Positions 53,330-62,436 of a DNA stretch of 64,000 bases are shown here, piece by piece; positions within the stretch are counted from its first letter, which is position 1, and every line of letters begins with the position of its first letter. A program made the position numbers and the translations under genes. Source of the stretch: Actinomycetes bacterium (lineage in GTDB: Bacteria; Actinomycetota; Acidimicrobiia; Acidimicrobiales; Acidimicrobilacustridaceae); contig JAKOVH010000026.1 in the NCBI GenBank assembly GCA_029782145.1, positions 491,389-555,388 of the forward strand. The letters are read 5' to 3'. The notes under the pieces were generated by a model. It ran no database searches. It was not told the origin of the DNA and saw nothing but the letters and a program-made list of their open reading frames with translations.

Positions 53330-54297
53330 CGGTCTCCTCCCTCGTCGGCGTCGCCGTCGGCGGCGTGCCCGGTGAGCTGCAGGAACACGTCGTCGAGGGT
53401 GGGGCGGCGAACGACCACGTCGAGCACCTCGATGCCGGCGTCGTCGAGCAGGCGCACCACGTCGGGCACGATCTTGTGCGTCTCGCTCGCCGCGATGGTG
53501 ACCGTGCGGGCCTCGACGTCAACGTGCTCGGCCCCGGTGACCGCGCAGCGGTCGCGGAGCAGCTCGGCGGTGCGGGCCAGCTCGTCGGGTCGCCCGACCG
53601 TCACCTCCAGGCGGTCGCCGCCGATCTGGCCCTTGAGCTCGTCGGCCGTGCCCTTGGCGATCACGGTGCCGTGGTCGATCACCACGATGTCGTCGGCCAG
53701 GCGCTCGGCCTCGTCGAGGTACTGGGTGGTGAGCAGGGTGGTGGTGCCTTCGGCCACCAGCTCCTCGATGAGGTCCCACATGCCGAGGCGGCTGCGGGGG
53801 TCGAGCCCGGTGGTGGGCTCGTCGAGGAAGAGCACGGTGGGTCGGCTGACCAGGCTCATGGCGATGTCGAGCCGGCGGCGCATGCCGCCCGAGTAGCCCT
53901 TGACCACCCGCCCGCCGGCATCGGTGAGGTCGAACCGCTCGAGTAGCTCGGTGGCGCGTGCCCTGGCCTCCCTGGTGCTCAGGTGGAACAGCCGGCCCAC
54001 GTGCTCGAGGCTCTCGAAGCCGGTGAGGCGCTCGTCGACCGCGGCGTACTGGCCGGTGAGGCCGATGCGGGCCCGCACGCGGCGCGGGTCCGAGGCCACG
54101 TCGATGCCGTCGACGGTGGCCCGGCCGGCGTCGGCCTTCAACAGCGTGGTGAGGATCCGCACCGTGGTGGTCTTGCCCGCCCCGTTCGGCCCGAGCAGGC
54201 CGAGGACGGTGGCCTTCTCGACCGTGAGGTCGACCCCTCGGAGCGCCTCGGTGTCGCCGAAGCGCTTCTCCAGCCCCTCGACCTCGACGGCGTTCAT
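53326..54297 (-). CDS. ABC transporter ATP-binding protein (DrrA-like)
   Basis: GPNGAGKTT, YSGGMRRR and LFLDEP motifs. The family N-terminus MNAVEVEGLEKRFG favours ATG 54297 over the ORF start at 54378. Confidence 0.8.
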   Translation of the reverse strand: MNAVEVEGLEKRFGDTEALRGVDLTVEKATVLGLLGPNGAGKTTTVRILTTLLKADAGRATVDGIDVASDPRRVRARIGLTGQYAAVDERLTGFESLEHVGRLFHLSTREARARATELLERFDLTDAGGRVVKGYSGGMRRRLDIAMSLVSRPTVLFLDEPTTGLDPRSRLGMWDLIEELVAEGTTTLLTTQYLDEAERLADDIVVIDHGTVIAKGTADELKGQIGGDRLEVTVGRPDELARTAELLRDRCAVTGAEHVDVEARTVTIAASETHKIVPDVVRLLDDAGIEVLDVVVRRPTLDDVFLQLTGHAADGDADEGGDR

Positions 54298-54415
54298 GGA
54301 AGGCGAACCTATCGCCACGAGTTGCCACCCACCGACCGCTTTTCCGCCGAGATCCCCGATCGACCGAGTGGGCTCCACGCGTCTCCGCCACTGCGCCGTG
54401 CTGCCGGATTGGTGG

Positions 54416-54444
54416 TTGACGAAGCAGGTCGCGTGACGTAGAAC
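54416..54444 (+). promoter_or_regulatory. Candidate promoter at the island boundary (TTGACG-n17-TAGAAC)
   Basis: A -35 / -10-like pair 58 nt upstream of the first island ORF. Weak evidence. Confidence 0.3.
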
Positions 54445-54501
54445 GGTCCACGTGGTTGTAGAGCCACTGACAGCGACGCGCCGGCGGGCGGGTGATGGGC
54501 G

Positions 54502-54708
54502 GTGGCGGTTTCGGTCGCTGTCGGCCTCGCAGTCGGTTGGCTTGGAGACCTTGTGTATCGCCCGCTGGTAGAGCGCTGGAAGGCCCAGGGTCTCATCGCG
54601 CGTACTGACCTGAAGGCAGGTGCACTTGGTCTGAAGCTCTACCTCGCGCTCCTTGTCGTTGGAAGCCTCGTAACGGCCCGGCTTGCATTCGTCAAGTGGC
54701 TGGCCTGA
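54502..54708 (+). CDS. Small membrane protein (68 aa, two predicted TM segments)
   Basis: GTG start, hydrophobic helices, atypical (lower) GC3. Confidence 0.4.
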   Translation: MAVSVAVGLAVGWLGDLVYRPLVERWKAQGLIARTDLKAGALGLKLYLALLVVGSLVTARLAFVKWLA

Positions 54709-54847
54709 AGATCCAAGATGACGTTGGCAGCTCGGGTGTGAGCTTCTGGTACATGAAGGCGGCTGGGCTCGCCAGCAGTGGAGAATGCGAGGTTCCGTCT
54801 CGCTCGGAGCCCTCCTACGCCCCGACTCCCGAGAAGGGCTACAGACC

Positions 54848-55267
54848 GTGACCGCAAATGGTCGACCGCTCGTGGAAGTAGACGAGTGGTTTTTGAAGAT
54901 TCGGTTCTACCACCCATTGCTTGCCATTCTGGTTGCCGCTGGAGCGGTCGCATTTGGGGCGATGACGGGATACCTGATCCCGATGACCGTGATATCAGTC
55001 CTGTGGCTGTCCGCCGTGCTTGGATTCAATCGGTACATGATCGTGCGGGCAGGTGAAGGCGAGTCTGGCCTCTGCTTCACCTACATGAACGGTCGGTCGA
55101 GAACGATTGCGGCAGACAGGATCGAGTTGTGCGCGGGGAGCCTCCTGCGCTTTCCCTTCTTCGGTGGCATTCCGGTACGGGAACTAGGAAGGCGACTGCC
55201 ATTTGGCGTGTTCTACCCGAGTCTCGGTCTGGAGGATCTCAGCAGGCTCACGCAGCTTCTGCCATAG
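54848..55267 (+). CDS. Membrane protein with two TM segments and a possible bacterial PH-like (DUF304/YdbT-like) domain
   Basis: AAGGG 8 nt upstream of the GTG. TM pair (LLAILVAAGAVAFGAMTGYLIPMTVISVLWLSAVLGF) then a soluble domain. Codon usage is atypical for the window. Confidence 0.5.
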   Translation: MTANGRPLVEVDEWFLKIRFYHPLLAILVAAGAVAFGAMTGYLIPMTVISVLWLSAVLGFNRYMIVRAGEGESGLCFTYMNGRSRTIAADRIELCAGSLLRFPFFGGIPVRELGRRLPFGVFYPSLGLEDLSRLTQLLP

Positions 55268-55598
55268 CTTCGGACAGCAGGATCTGAGAGGGAGCGTGGC
55301 GCTCCACCTTGCGCATACACCTGCTGGCTTCGGGGAACAGTCCATCAAGTCCTGAAAGGGCGTGCGGTGTGGCAGGCCGTGCGATTCTGAAGCGGGCGAC
55401 AAGGCAGCCTCCATATTCTGCACGCAGTCCCAGTGCTCAAACCGAGCATAGGCCTGATCTGGCCGCCGCTTCGCAACCGCATAAGTGCCCGTGGAGGGAA
55501 GTTCGACCTTCTACAGCCGGGCGGGCGGTACTTCTTGCATCGTCGCTGAGAAGTCAGGCGTCTGGCCTTCTTCGACAGCGCCTGACGAGGAAGCGTCG

Positions 55599-56248
55599 GT
55601 GAGCGCCTTATTCACACGCAACCTCCGGCGCGTGCTGTTCGTGTGGACGGGCGTCGCGCTGCTCGTCCTCGGGGGCTGCGCCTCGGGCGACAACTCGACG
55701 ACGAGCGCCACGACGGTCATTCCGTCGGCGGAGCAGCTCCGGCCGATGCTGCTGACCGTCTCGGACATGCCCTCGGGGTGGGTGGTGGACCCGAGCGGCT
55801 CGATCGACAGCAAGGGTCTGGTGTCGCTGGCTGCCTCGGTGACCTGCAGTCGCTGGGCACCCGGGACACGGCGCACGAAGCGGCGGTCGCCTTCCAGGAG
55901 GGCAGCGTCGGGCGCTCGGCCATCAACGAGTCGATCGCCCCGATCACCGCGGGCGAGTTCGACTCGGCCGTCGCCGCCGTCGACGCCTGCACGGAGGTGC
56001 AGCTCGACGTCGCCGGCCAGACGGTTCGCGGCTCCATCAGGCCGCTGCCCATCCCGGCGGCGGGTGACGAGTCGGCGGCCTGGCGACTGTCCTTCGAGGT
56101 GGGCGGCACGGCGTTCACGAGTGACATGTCGGCGAGCCGGGTGGGCGAGATCGGGGTGCTCCTGGTAGCTATCGACGCTGGCGGAGGAGATCCGGGATTC
56201 CTCGCCGACATGATTACGAAGGCGGCAGAGAAGATCGCAGCCCGCTGA
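55599..56248 (+). pseudogene. Secreted lipoprotein gene with an apparent frameshift near 55850-55870
   Basis: Signal peptide and lipobox (RRVLFVWTGVALLVLGGCASG) in frame 0 up to about 55850. Protein-like sequence then continues in the +2 frame to the stop at 56248; the original frame turns to Arg/Ser-rich junk. Confidence 0.5.
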
Positions 56249-56396
56249 GGCAGGACCGACACGAGCCGTGCCCCGCCGACACCTTCGTGCGGATCGCCGT
56301 CGTTCCGGCCGTGGAAGGTGGTTCACTTGACCCCGCGGCGCCCGAGTCGGGCGCCGCTCCCGGCGTGGGCGCCGGGCCTTCGAGGAGGGAGCGACC

Positions 56397-56948
56397 GTGC
56401 TCGCAGTCATCATCGTGATCGTGCTGGTGGTGCTGATCGTCGGCTTCACCTGGCTCTCGTTCAACGGCATCGTGAAGATGCGCAACCAGGTCGACAACGG
56501 CTGGTCGCAGATCGACGTGCAGCTCAAGCGCCGGGCCGACCTCATCCCCAACCTGGTCGAGACCGTGAAGGGCTACGCCGCCCATGAGCGCGGCACGCTC
56601 GAGGCGGTCATCCAGGCCCGCAGCGCCAGCGTGCAGGCCAACACCCCCGCCGAGGCCGCCGCCGCCGAAGGCCCCATCACCCAGGCCCTGGGCCGGCTGT
56701 TCGCCCTCGCTGAGCAGTACCCGAACCTCAAGGCCGACGTGAACTTCCAGCAGTTGCAGCAGGAGATCACCTCGACCGAGGACCGGATCGCCTACGCGCG
56801 GCAGTTCTACAACGACTCGGTCATGAACTACCACAACAAGATCGACACGTTCCCGGGGATGGTCGTGGCCAAGCTCGGCACCTTCCCGCACCGGGAGTTC
56901 TTCGACGCCCCCGAGGCCGACGAGGCCGTGCCGCGAGTGCAGTTCTGA
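56397..56948 (+). CDS. lemA: LemA-family protein
   Basis: N-terminal TM segment plus the LemA domain (LKRRADLIPNLVETVKGYAAHE). GAGGAGGGAG Shine-Dalgarno sequence upstream. Confidence 0.9.
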   Translation: MLAVIIVIVLVVLIVGFTWLSFNGIVKMRNQVDNGWSQIDVQLKRRADLIPNLVETVKGYAAHERGTLEAVIQARSASVQANTPAEAAAAEGPITQALGRLFALAEQYPNLKADVNFQQLQQEITSTEDRIAYARQFYNDSVMNYHNKIDTFPGMVVAKLGTFPHREFFDAPEADEAVPRVQF

Positions 56949-56999
56949 GCGGCCCCCCGTCCGCCGCCTTCCTGTCGACCCGACCGTGACCCACCACCC

Positions 57000-58055
57000 A
57001 TGAGCGACGCCACCGGCTTCATCGCCGAGCAGCGCCACAACCGGCGCGCCACCGTGGTGATCCTGGCCGGTACGTTCGCCCTGCTGTTCGTGGTGGCCAA
57101 CGCCGTGGCAGGGGCGCTCGGCGGCTACACCCAGCAGGGCGACTGCCACACGGTCCGCAACGCCCGCGGCGTCCTCGAGCAGTCGTGCACCACCCGCTTC
57201 CACTTCAACGCCGTGGTGCTCGGGGTGACCGTCGCCCTCGTCGCCGGCTACCTGATCTTCGCCTGGCTGGCCTCCGCCTCGGCGGCGCTCACCATGGTGC
57301 GGGCCCGGCCGGCCGACGGGCCGGAGTTCGCCGAGCTGCGGGCGCTGGTCGAGCAGATGGCCATCGCCAGCGGCCTGCCGTTGCCCAAGGTGTTCGTGGT
57401 CGACGACCCCGCGCCCAACGCCTTCGCCACCGGCCGCAACCCGAAGAACGCGGCCATCACCGTCACCACCGGCCTGCTCGCCATCATGTCGAGGCGTGAG
57501 CTGCGCGGCGTGCTGGCCCACGAGATGTCCCACATCCGCAACCGGGACATCGCCGTCACCACGCTGGCCGTGCTGGCGGTGGGCGCAATCGCGGTGATCG
57601 CCGACATCGCCCTGCGCATCGGCATCTTCGGCGGCGGCCGCCGGCGCGACGACAACGGCCTGCCCATCCTCCTGCTGGTCTCGCTGGCGCTCTACCTCAT
57701 CGCCGTGCCCGCCGGGCTGTTGCTGAAGGCGGCCCTGTCACGCAAGCGGGAGAGCCTGGCCGACGCCAGCGCAGTGGAGCTCACCCGTGAGCCGGGCGGC
57801 ATCCGCTCGGCGCTCGAGAAGCTCGAGGCCGACACCACCGTCATCTCCCACCCGTCGGCCGCCACCGCCCACCTCTGGATCGAGTCGCCGCTCGAGCGCA
57901 GCGACGAGCACGGGCTGCAGGGCTCGTTCGGCCGGCTGATGGACACCCACCCACCCCTGGCCGAGCGCATCGCCAAGCTGCGGGCCATCGAGGGGCTCGA
58001 CCCGAACAGCCGCGGCCCCAACGACCCGCTGCCCACGGCCCCCGGCCAGCCCTAG
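57000..58055 (+). CDS. htpX: M48-family zinc metalloprotease (HtpX-like)
   Basis: HEMSH zinc motif, four TM segments. 351 aa. Confidence 0.85.
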   Translation: MSDATGFIAEQRHNRRATVVILAGTFALLFVVANAVAGALGGYTQQGDCHTVRNARGVLEQSCTTRFHFNAVVLGVTVALVAGYLIFAWLASASAALTMVRARPADGPEFAELRALVEQMAIASGLPLPKVFVVDDPAPNAFATGRNPKNAAITVTTGLLAIMSRRELRGVLAHEMSHIRNRDIAVTTLAVLAVGAIAVIADIALRIGIFGGGRRRDDNGLPILLLVSLALYLIAVPAGLLLKAALSRKRESLADASAVELTREPGGIRSALEKLEADTTVISHPSAATAHLWIESPLERSDEHGLQGSFGRLMDTHPPLAERIAKLRAIEGLDPNSRGPNDPLPTAPGQP

Positions 58056-60034
58056 CCCTCCGGTCGTTCGAGCTCCTCCGGTCGCTCCGCGTCGTTGGCG
58101 GTGACCTCGTCGTGCCCGTCGGCGCCCGGCGCGGCCAGGGCCCGCATGGCGAGGGCGCCGAGGCCGCCGAGGATGCCGCCCTCGGAGCCGACGACGATGT
58201 CGGGTGTGATCTTCACGTGGCCGCCGGCGATCTCCCGCAGGGCCGCCACCAACGCCGTCTGCTCCGGACCGATGGCCTCGCGCTGGGCCTCGAAGCCGGC
58301 GGCGCGGGCCAGACCCAGCTTCTGCTCGGCCTCCGCGTTCGCCGAGCCGATGGCCTTGATCCGCTCGGCGTCGGCGTTGCCGGTGGTGGTGATGACCGCG
58401 GCCTCGCCCTCGGCGCGGGCGGCGGCGGCCCGGGCGCTGGCCGTCTCGATCTCGATGGACACGTTGGCCTGGGCCAGCTGGGCCTGCATGTCGGCCACGC
58501 CCCGCTGCTGCTCCAGGGCCACCCGAGCCTCCTGGGCCGAGCGCTGGTTGGCGAACGTCTCCCGCTCCTGCGCCGCGATCTCCCGGCTGGTGAGCACCTG
58601 CACCAGGTCGGTCGGGAACACGACGTCCTGGATGTACACGCCACGCGTCTCGACCTCGTAGCGGTCGAGGTAGCTGCGGATGTACTGCTCGGCCTCGGCC
58701 TGCACGCTGTCGCGCTTCTCGATGAACTCCGTGGCGCCGAGCGACTGCAACTTGTTGCGGAAGTAGTTGCCGACGGCCGACTGCAGCACCTCGTTCACCA
58801 GGTTCTGCATGGTGCCGACCATCGAGATCACCTTCGGCGCCCGGGTGTCGGGCACGTGGATCTGCACCTGCAGGTCGATGCTGAAGTCGAACGCCTCCTT
58901 CGACTTGGCGTCGATCGGGGAGAGGCGGGCGTCGAGGTCGTGGGCCTCGCTCGTGGCGCGCGACCAGTTGAGCGTGAGGATCGACGTGGGCACCACCTCG
59001 GCCTCGTAGATGCGCGGGTTCAGCGTGTACTTGCCCGTGCGCAGCGGCTCGGACCAGATGCCCTGGTGGCCCGGCTTCACGATCGAGCCGAACTTGAACT
59101 CGGCGCCGGTGGTGTCCTCGGTGGGCAGGCCCACGTACGACTTGATGACCGCGACCTCGCCCTGCTTCACCACGAGCATCTCGCGCAGCTCGACCCGCAC
59201 CAGGAACGGGTTGAGCAGGTACGAGCCGTACAGGAGCGGGTCGTGCTGCAGGCCGATGCAGCCGCCGTTGTCGAGGAAGGCCTGGTAGTCCTGGTAGTTG
59301 TCGTGAAGGTCGTTCTTGGAGGCGAGCACGGCCTGGATGACCTGGATGGGCGAGGTGGCGCCCTGCTCGAGGGCGGTGATGTCGCCGAAGCCGCCGATGC
59401 GGCTGGCGATGTCGCCCGACGGCGGTCCCTCCAACGCGGTGACCACCCCGACCAGGTCGGTCTCGCCGACCGGGGTGATGTTGAAGACCTTGAGCGCCTC
59501 GGGGTTGATCTGGCCGATGGCGTCCTCGGCCGCCTGCGACACCAGCTCGCCGAAGGTCGTGGTGGTGGTGGCGACCACGAACCCGATGGGGTGGAGCGGC
59601 GCCGTGGTGCCGGGGGGCAGCACCGGTCGCTGCACGCCCCGCTGGCCCCCGTTGTCGAGGAACGTGCGGATGTCGGCGAAGTTGCCGAACTCGGGGCGGT
59701 AGCGGGCCGACTTGGCCCCCGTGGGCAGCGAGGTGCCCACCTGGGCGATGACCACGCCGATGTGGTCCGGCGGCACCTGCACCCACGGGTAGGTGCTGAC
59801 CTTGTTGACCGGCCACAGCTTGAAGCGGGTGCCGGGCATGAGCAGGTCGGCCTGGTACCCGGCCTCGCCCCGCAGGGCGACGAGCTGGTCCTCGGGGAGC
59901 CGTCGACCGATCCGCTTGGCCACCAGGCCCACCTCGGCGGGCCCGATCGAGTGGAAGGACCGCAGGACCACGAACAGCACGGCGAGCCCCACGACCGCGA
60001 GGGCCACGAGGAGGGACAGGGGCAGGTCGGACAT
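58052..60034 (-). CDS. SPFH/Band-7 flotillin-family protein (YqiK-like)
   Basis: N-terminal TM segment, SPFH domain, long EA-rich coiled-coil flotillin region. 660 aa. Confidence 0.85.
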   Translation of the reverse strand: MSDLPLSLLVALAVVGLAVLFVVLRSFHSIGPAEVGLVAKRIGRRLPEDQLVALRGEAGYQADLLMPGTRFKLWPVNKVSTYPWVQVPPDHIGVVIAQVGTSLPTGAKSARYRPEFGNFADIRTFLDNGGQRGVQRPVLPPGTTAPLHPIGFVVATTTTTFGELVSQAAEDAIGQINPEALKVFNITPVGETDLVGVVTALEGPPSGDIASRIGGFGDITALEQGATSPIQVIQAVLASKNDLHDNYQDYQAFLDNGGCIGLQHDPLLYGSYLLNPFLVRVELREMLVVKQGEVAVIKSYVGLPTEDTTGAEFKFGSIVKPGHQGIWSEPLRTGKYTLNPRIYEAEVVPTSILTLNWSRATSEAHDLDARLSPIDAKSKEAFDFSIDLQVQIHVPDTRAPKVISMVGTMQNLVNEVLQSAVGNYFRNKLQSLGATEFIEKRDSVQAEAEQYIRSYLDRYEVETRGVYIQDVVFPTDLVQVLTSREIAAQERETFANQRSAQEARVALEQQRGVADMQAQLAQANVSIEIETASARAAAARAEGEAAVITTTGNADAERIKAIGSANAEAEQKLGLARAAGFEAQREAIGPEQTALVAALREIAGGHVKITPDIVVGSEGGILGGLGALAMRALAAPGADGHDEVTANDAERPEELERPEG

Positions 60035-60257
60035 GGTCTCTCCGCGATCGACGGGTCGGCCGGCACGGTACCGGTGCCGCGTGGGCGCCCGCTTGGGTCG
60101 TTCGCACCAATGGGCCGGCCGACGGGTGCGGCGAGCGGGCGCGATGGCGTACCCTCTCCGGCGCTCCGGCGGCGCCCCGGGTGCACGTTCGCCTCACCCG
60201 GTGGCGAATCGAGCCGTGAGGGCCATACTGGACGGCTCTCGCGCGCGGAAGGAACGC

Positions 60258-60764
60258 ATGGAATTCGAGATCGGCTCCAAGGTCATCTACCCCGCCCACG
60301 GCACGGCCGAGGTCATCGGCCGCTGCGTGCGGGAGGTCAACGGGGAGAAGGTCACCTACCTGGAGCTCTCCGTGGCCGCCGGCGACGAGTCCTGGCGGGG
60401 CGGTGCCCTGAAGGTGTCGGTGCCCGAGGATCGCGCCGAGGACCTCGGCGTGCGCCCCGCCATCTCCCTCGAGGAGGTCGACGACGTGCTCGCCGTCCTC
60501 GCCGTGCGCTCGGTGCGCGTGCCCACCAACTGGTCCCGGCGGTTCAAGAACCACCAGGAGAAGATGAAGTCGGGCGACATCTACGAGTGCGCCGAGGTCG
60601 TGCGCAACCTCGCCCTGCGCGACCGCCAGTCGTCGCTGTCCAGCGCCGAGAAGGCCATGCAGGTCCGGGCCCGGCGCATCCTCGTGTCCGAGCTGGCCGT
60701 CTCGTGGGACGTCACCCTCGAGGAGGCCGGCGCCCGGGTCGACGCCGTCCTCGCCGACGACTGA
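60258..60764 (+). CDS. carD: CarD-family transcriptional regulator (RNA-polymerase-binding)
   Basis: CarD/TRCF RID-like N-terminus (FEIGSKVIYPAHGTAEVIG). GGAAGGAA Shine-Dalgarno sequence upstream. 168 aa. Confidence 0.85.
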   Translation: MEFEIGSKVIYPAHGTAEVIGRCVREVNGEKVTYLELSVAAGDESWRGGALKVSVPEDRAEDLGVRPAISLEEVDDVLAVLAVRSVRVPTNWSRRFKNHQEKMKSGDIYECAEVVRNLALRDRQSSLSSAEKAMQVRARRILVSELAVSWDVTLEEAGARVDAVLADD

Positions 60765-60833
60765 TCCCCTCCTTCGCGATCCTCTGCGTGCGTCGTCGCG
60801 GGGAGGCGTCATCCGCGTGCGATCCTGGGGCCC

Positions 60834-62321
60834 ATGGGGGAGACCTTCTGGGGACTGGTGGCGGGCACCGCGGCGCAGCATCCCGACCGCGTCCTGCTCG
60901 CTGACGACCACGGCCGCTCGCTGACCGCAGCCGACCTGGCACGGGAGGCCGAGCAGGTCGCCGCCGGGCTGCACCAACTCGGGGTGCGCCCCGGCGACGT
61001 GGTGTCGTGGCAGCTGCCCACCGTGCTCGAGGCGCCGGTGCTGATGGCGGCGTGCGCCCGCCTGGGCGCCCTGCAGAACCCGGTCATCCCGCTGCTGCGC
61101 AACCGGGAGGTCGGCCACATCAGCCGCCAGCTGGGCACGGCGGTGTTCGTCGCGCCGGCGGTGTGGCGAGGGTTCGAGCACGCCGCGATGGGCCGCGAGC
61201 TCGGGCTCGAGACCGTCGAGCTCGACCTCGACGGAGAGCCCGGGCCGGAGATGCGTCTGCCCGTCGGGGATCCGGCGGTGCTGCCCGCTCCGCCCGACGA
61301 CGGCACCGAGTTCCGCTGGGCCTACTACTCCTCGGGCACCACCGCCGACCCCAAGGGCGCCCGCCACTCCGACCAGACCGTCATGGCGTCGGCCAACGGC
61401 ATGGCCGTGGGCATGGGGTTCGCGCCCGGCGAGGTGTACCCGATCGCCTGGCCGTTCACCCACATCGGGGGCATCACCATGCTCACGTCGGTGCTGCGGG
61501 CGGGCGGCACCCTCGTGCTGTTCGACGCCTGGGACCCGGTCGGCACCCCCGAGCGCATGGCCGCCCACGGCGCCACCATCCTCGGTTCGGCCCCGCCGTT
61601 CTTCCGGGCGTACCTCGACGCCGAGGCCCGCCACGGCGGGGGCCTGTTCCCGAAGCTGCGGATCTGCACCGGAGGCGGCGCGCCCATCCCGGTGGAGATC
61701 AACCGGGAGCTGGTCGAGGCCTTCGGCATCCCGGGAGTCGTCTGCGCCTACGGGCTCACCGAGTTCCCCGTCGCCACCTGCGAGATGCCCACCGACCCGT
61801 GGTTGGGCACCACCGTCGGGCACCCGTCGCCCGGCGTGGAGGCCCGCCTCGTCGACGGCGAGCTGCGGCTGAAGGGCCCGCAGTGCTGCCTCGGCTACGT
61901 GGACACGGCCCTCGACGCCGACGGCTTCGACGACGAGGGCTGGTTCCGCACCGGCGACCTGGCCACCATCGACGAGCAGGGCGTGGTGCGCATCACCGGC
62001 CGGGCCAAGGACGTGGTCATCCGCAACGCCGAGAACATCTCCGCGCTCGAGGTGGAGGACGCGGTGCTGAGCCACCCCGACGTGGTCGACGTCGGGGTCA
62101 TCGGGGTGCCCGACGCCCGCACCGGCGAGCGGGTCTGCGCCGTCGTGGTGCTGCGGGACGGGGCGTCGCTCGACGTCGCCGCGCTGGGCGCCCACTGCGT
62201 CGAGCGGGGCCTCGCCCGCTACAAGTGCCCCGAGCAGGTCCTGGTGGTCGAGGCCATCGGCCGCAACCCCATGGGCAAGATCTTGAAGAACGACCTGCGA
62301 GAGCTGGCTGCCCGGTCCTGA
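60834..62321 (+). CDS. AMP-dependent synthetase/ligase (acyl-CoA synthetase family)
   Basis: AMP-binding motif (YSSGTTADPKG), GYGLTE, C-terminal lid domain with conserved Lys. 495 aa. Confidence 0.85.
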   Translation: MGETFWGLVAGTAAQHPDRVLLADDHGRSLTAADLAREAEQVAAGLHQLGVRPGDVVSWQLPTVLEAPVLMAACARLGALQNPVIPLLRNREVGHISRQLGTAVFVAPAVWRGFEHAAMGRELGLETVELDLDGEPGPEMRLPVGDPAVLPAPPDDGTEFRWAYYSSGTTADPKGARHSDQTVMASANGMAVGMGFAPGEVYPIAWPFTHIGGITMLTSVLRAGGTLVLFDAWDPVGTPERMAAHGATILGSAPPFFRAYLDAEARHGGGLFPKLRICTGGGAPIPVEINRELVEAFGIPGVVCAYGLTEFPVATCEMPTDPWLGTTVGHPSPGVEARLVDGELRLKGPQCCLGYVDTALDADGFDDEGWFRTGDLATIDEQGVVRITGRAKDVVIRNAENISALEVEDAVLSHPDVVDVGVIGVPDARTGERVCAVVVLRDGASLDVAALGAHCVERGLARYKCPEQVLVVEAIGRNPMGKILKNDLRELAARS

Positions 62322-62436
62322 CCCCGAAGGGGCCGCCGCGCACCCTCGCCGGCGTGGCCGTGGTGCCCCGACCGGCGGTGCTCGGGACGGCTCTGGATAG
62401 AATATCCAAAACAGCCGCTCTCCAAGGGGGACCGTC

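Noticed and set aside
55268-55598. 330-nt ORF-poor stretch in the low-GC island, considered as RNase P RNA, tmRNA, SRP RNA or 6S RNA
   Set aside because: None of the conserved boxes of those RNAs (P4 AAAGTCCGGGC, tmRNA ends, SRP AGGTCCGGAAGGAAGCAGC) are present. It may be a decayed gene or an unknown ncRNA; this could not be resolved, so it is kept only as part of the island finding.
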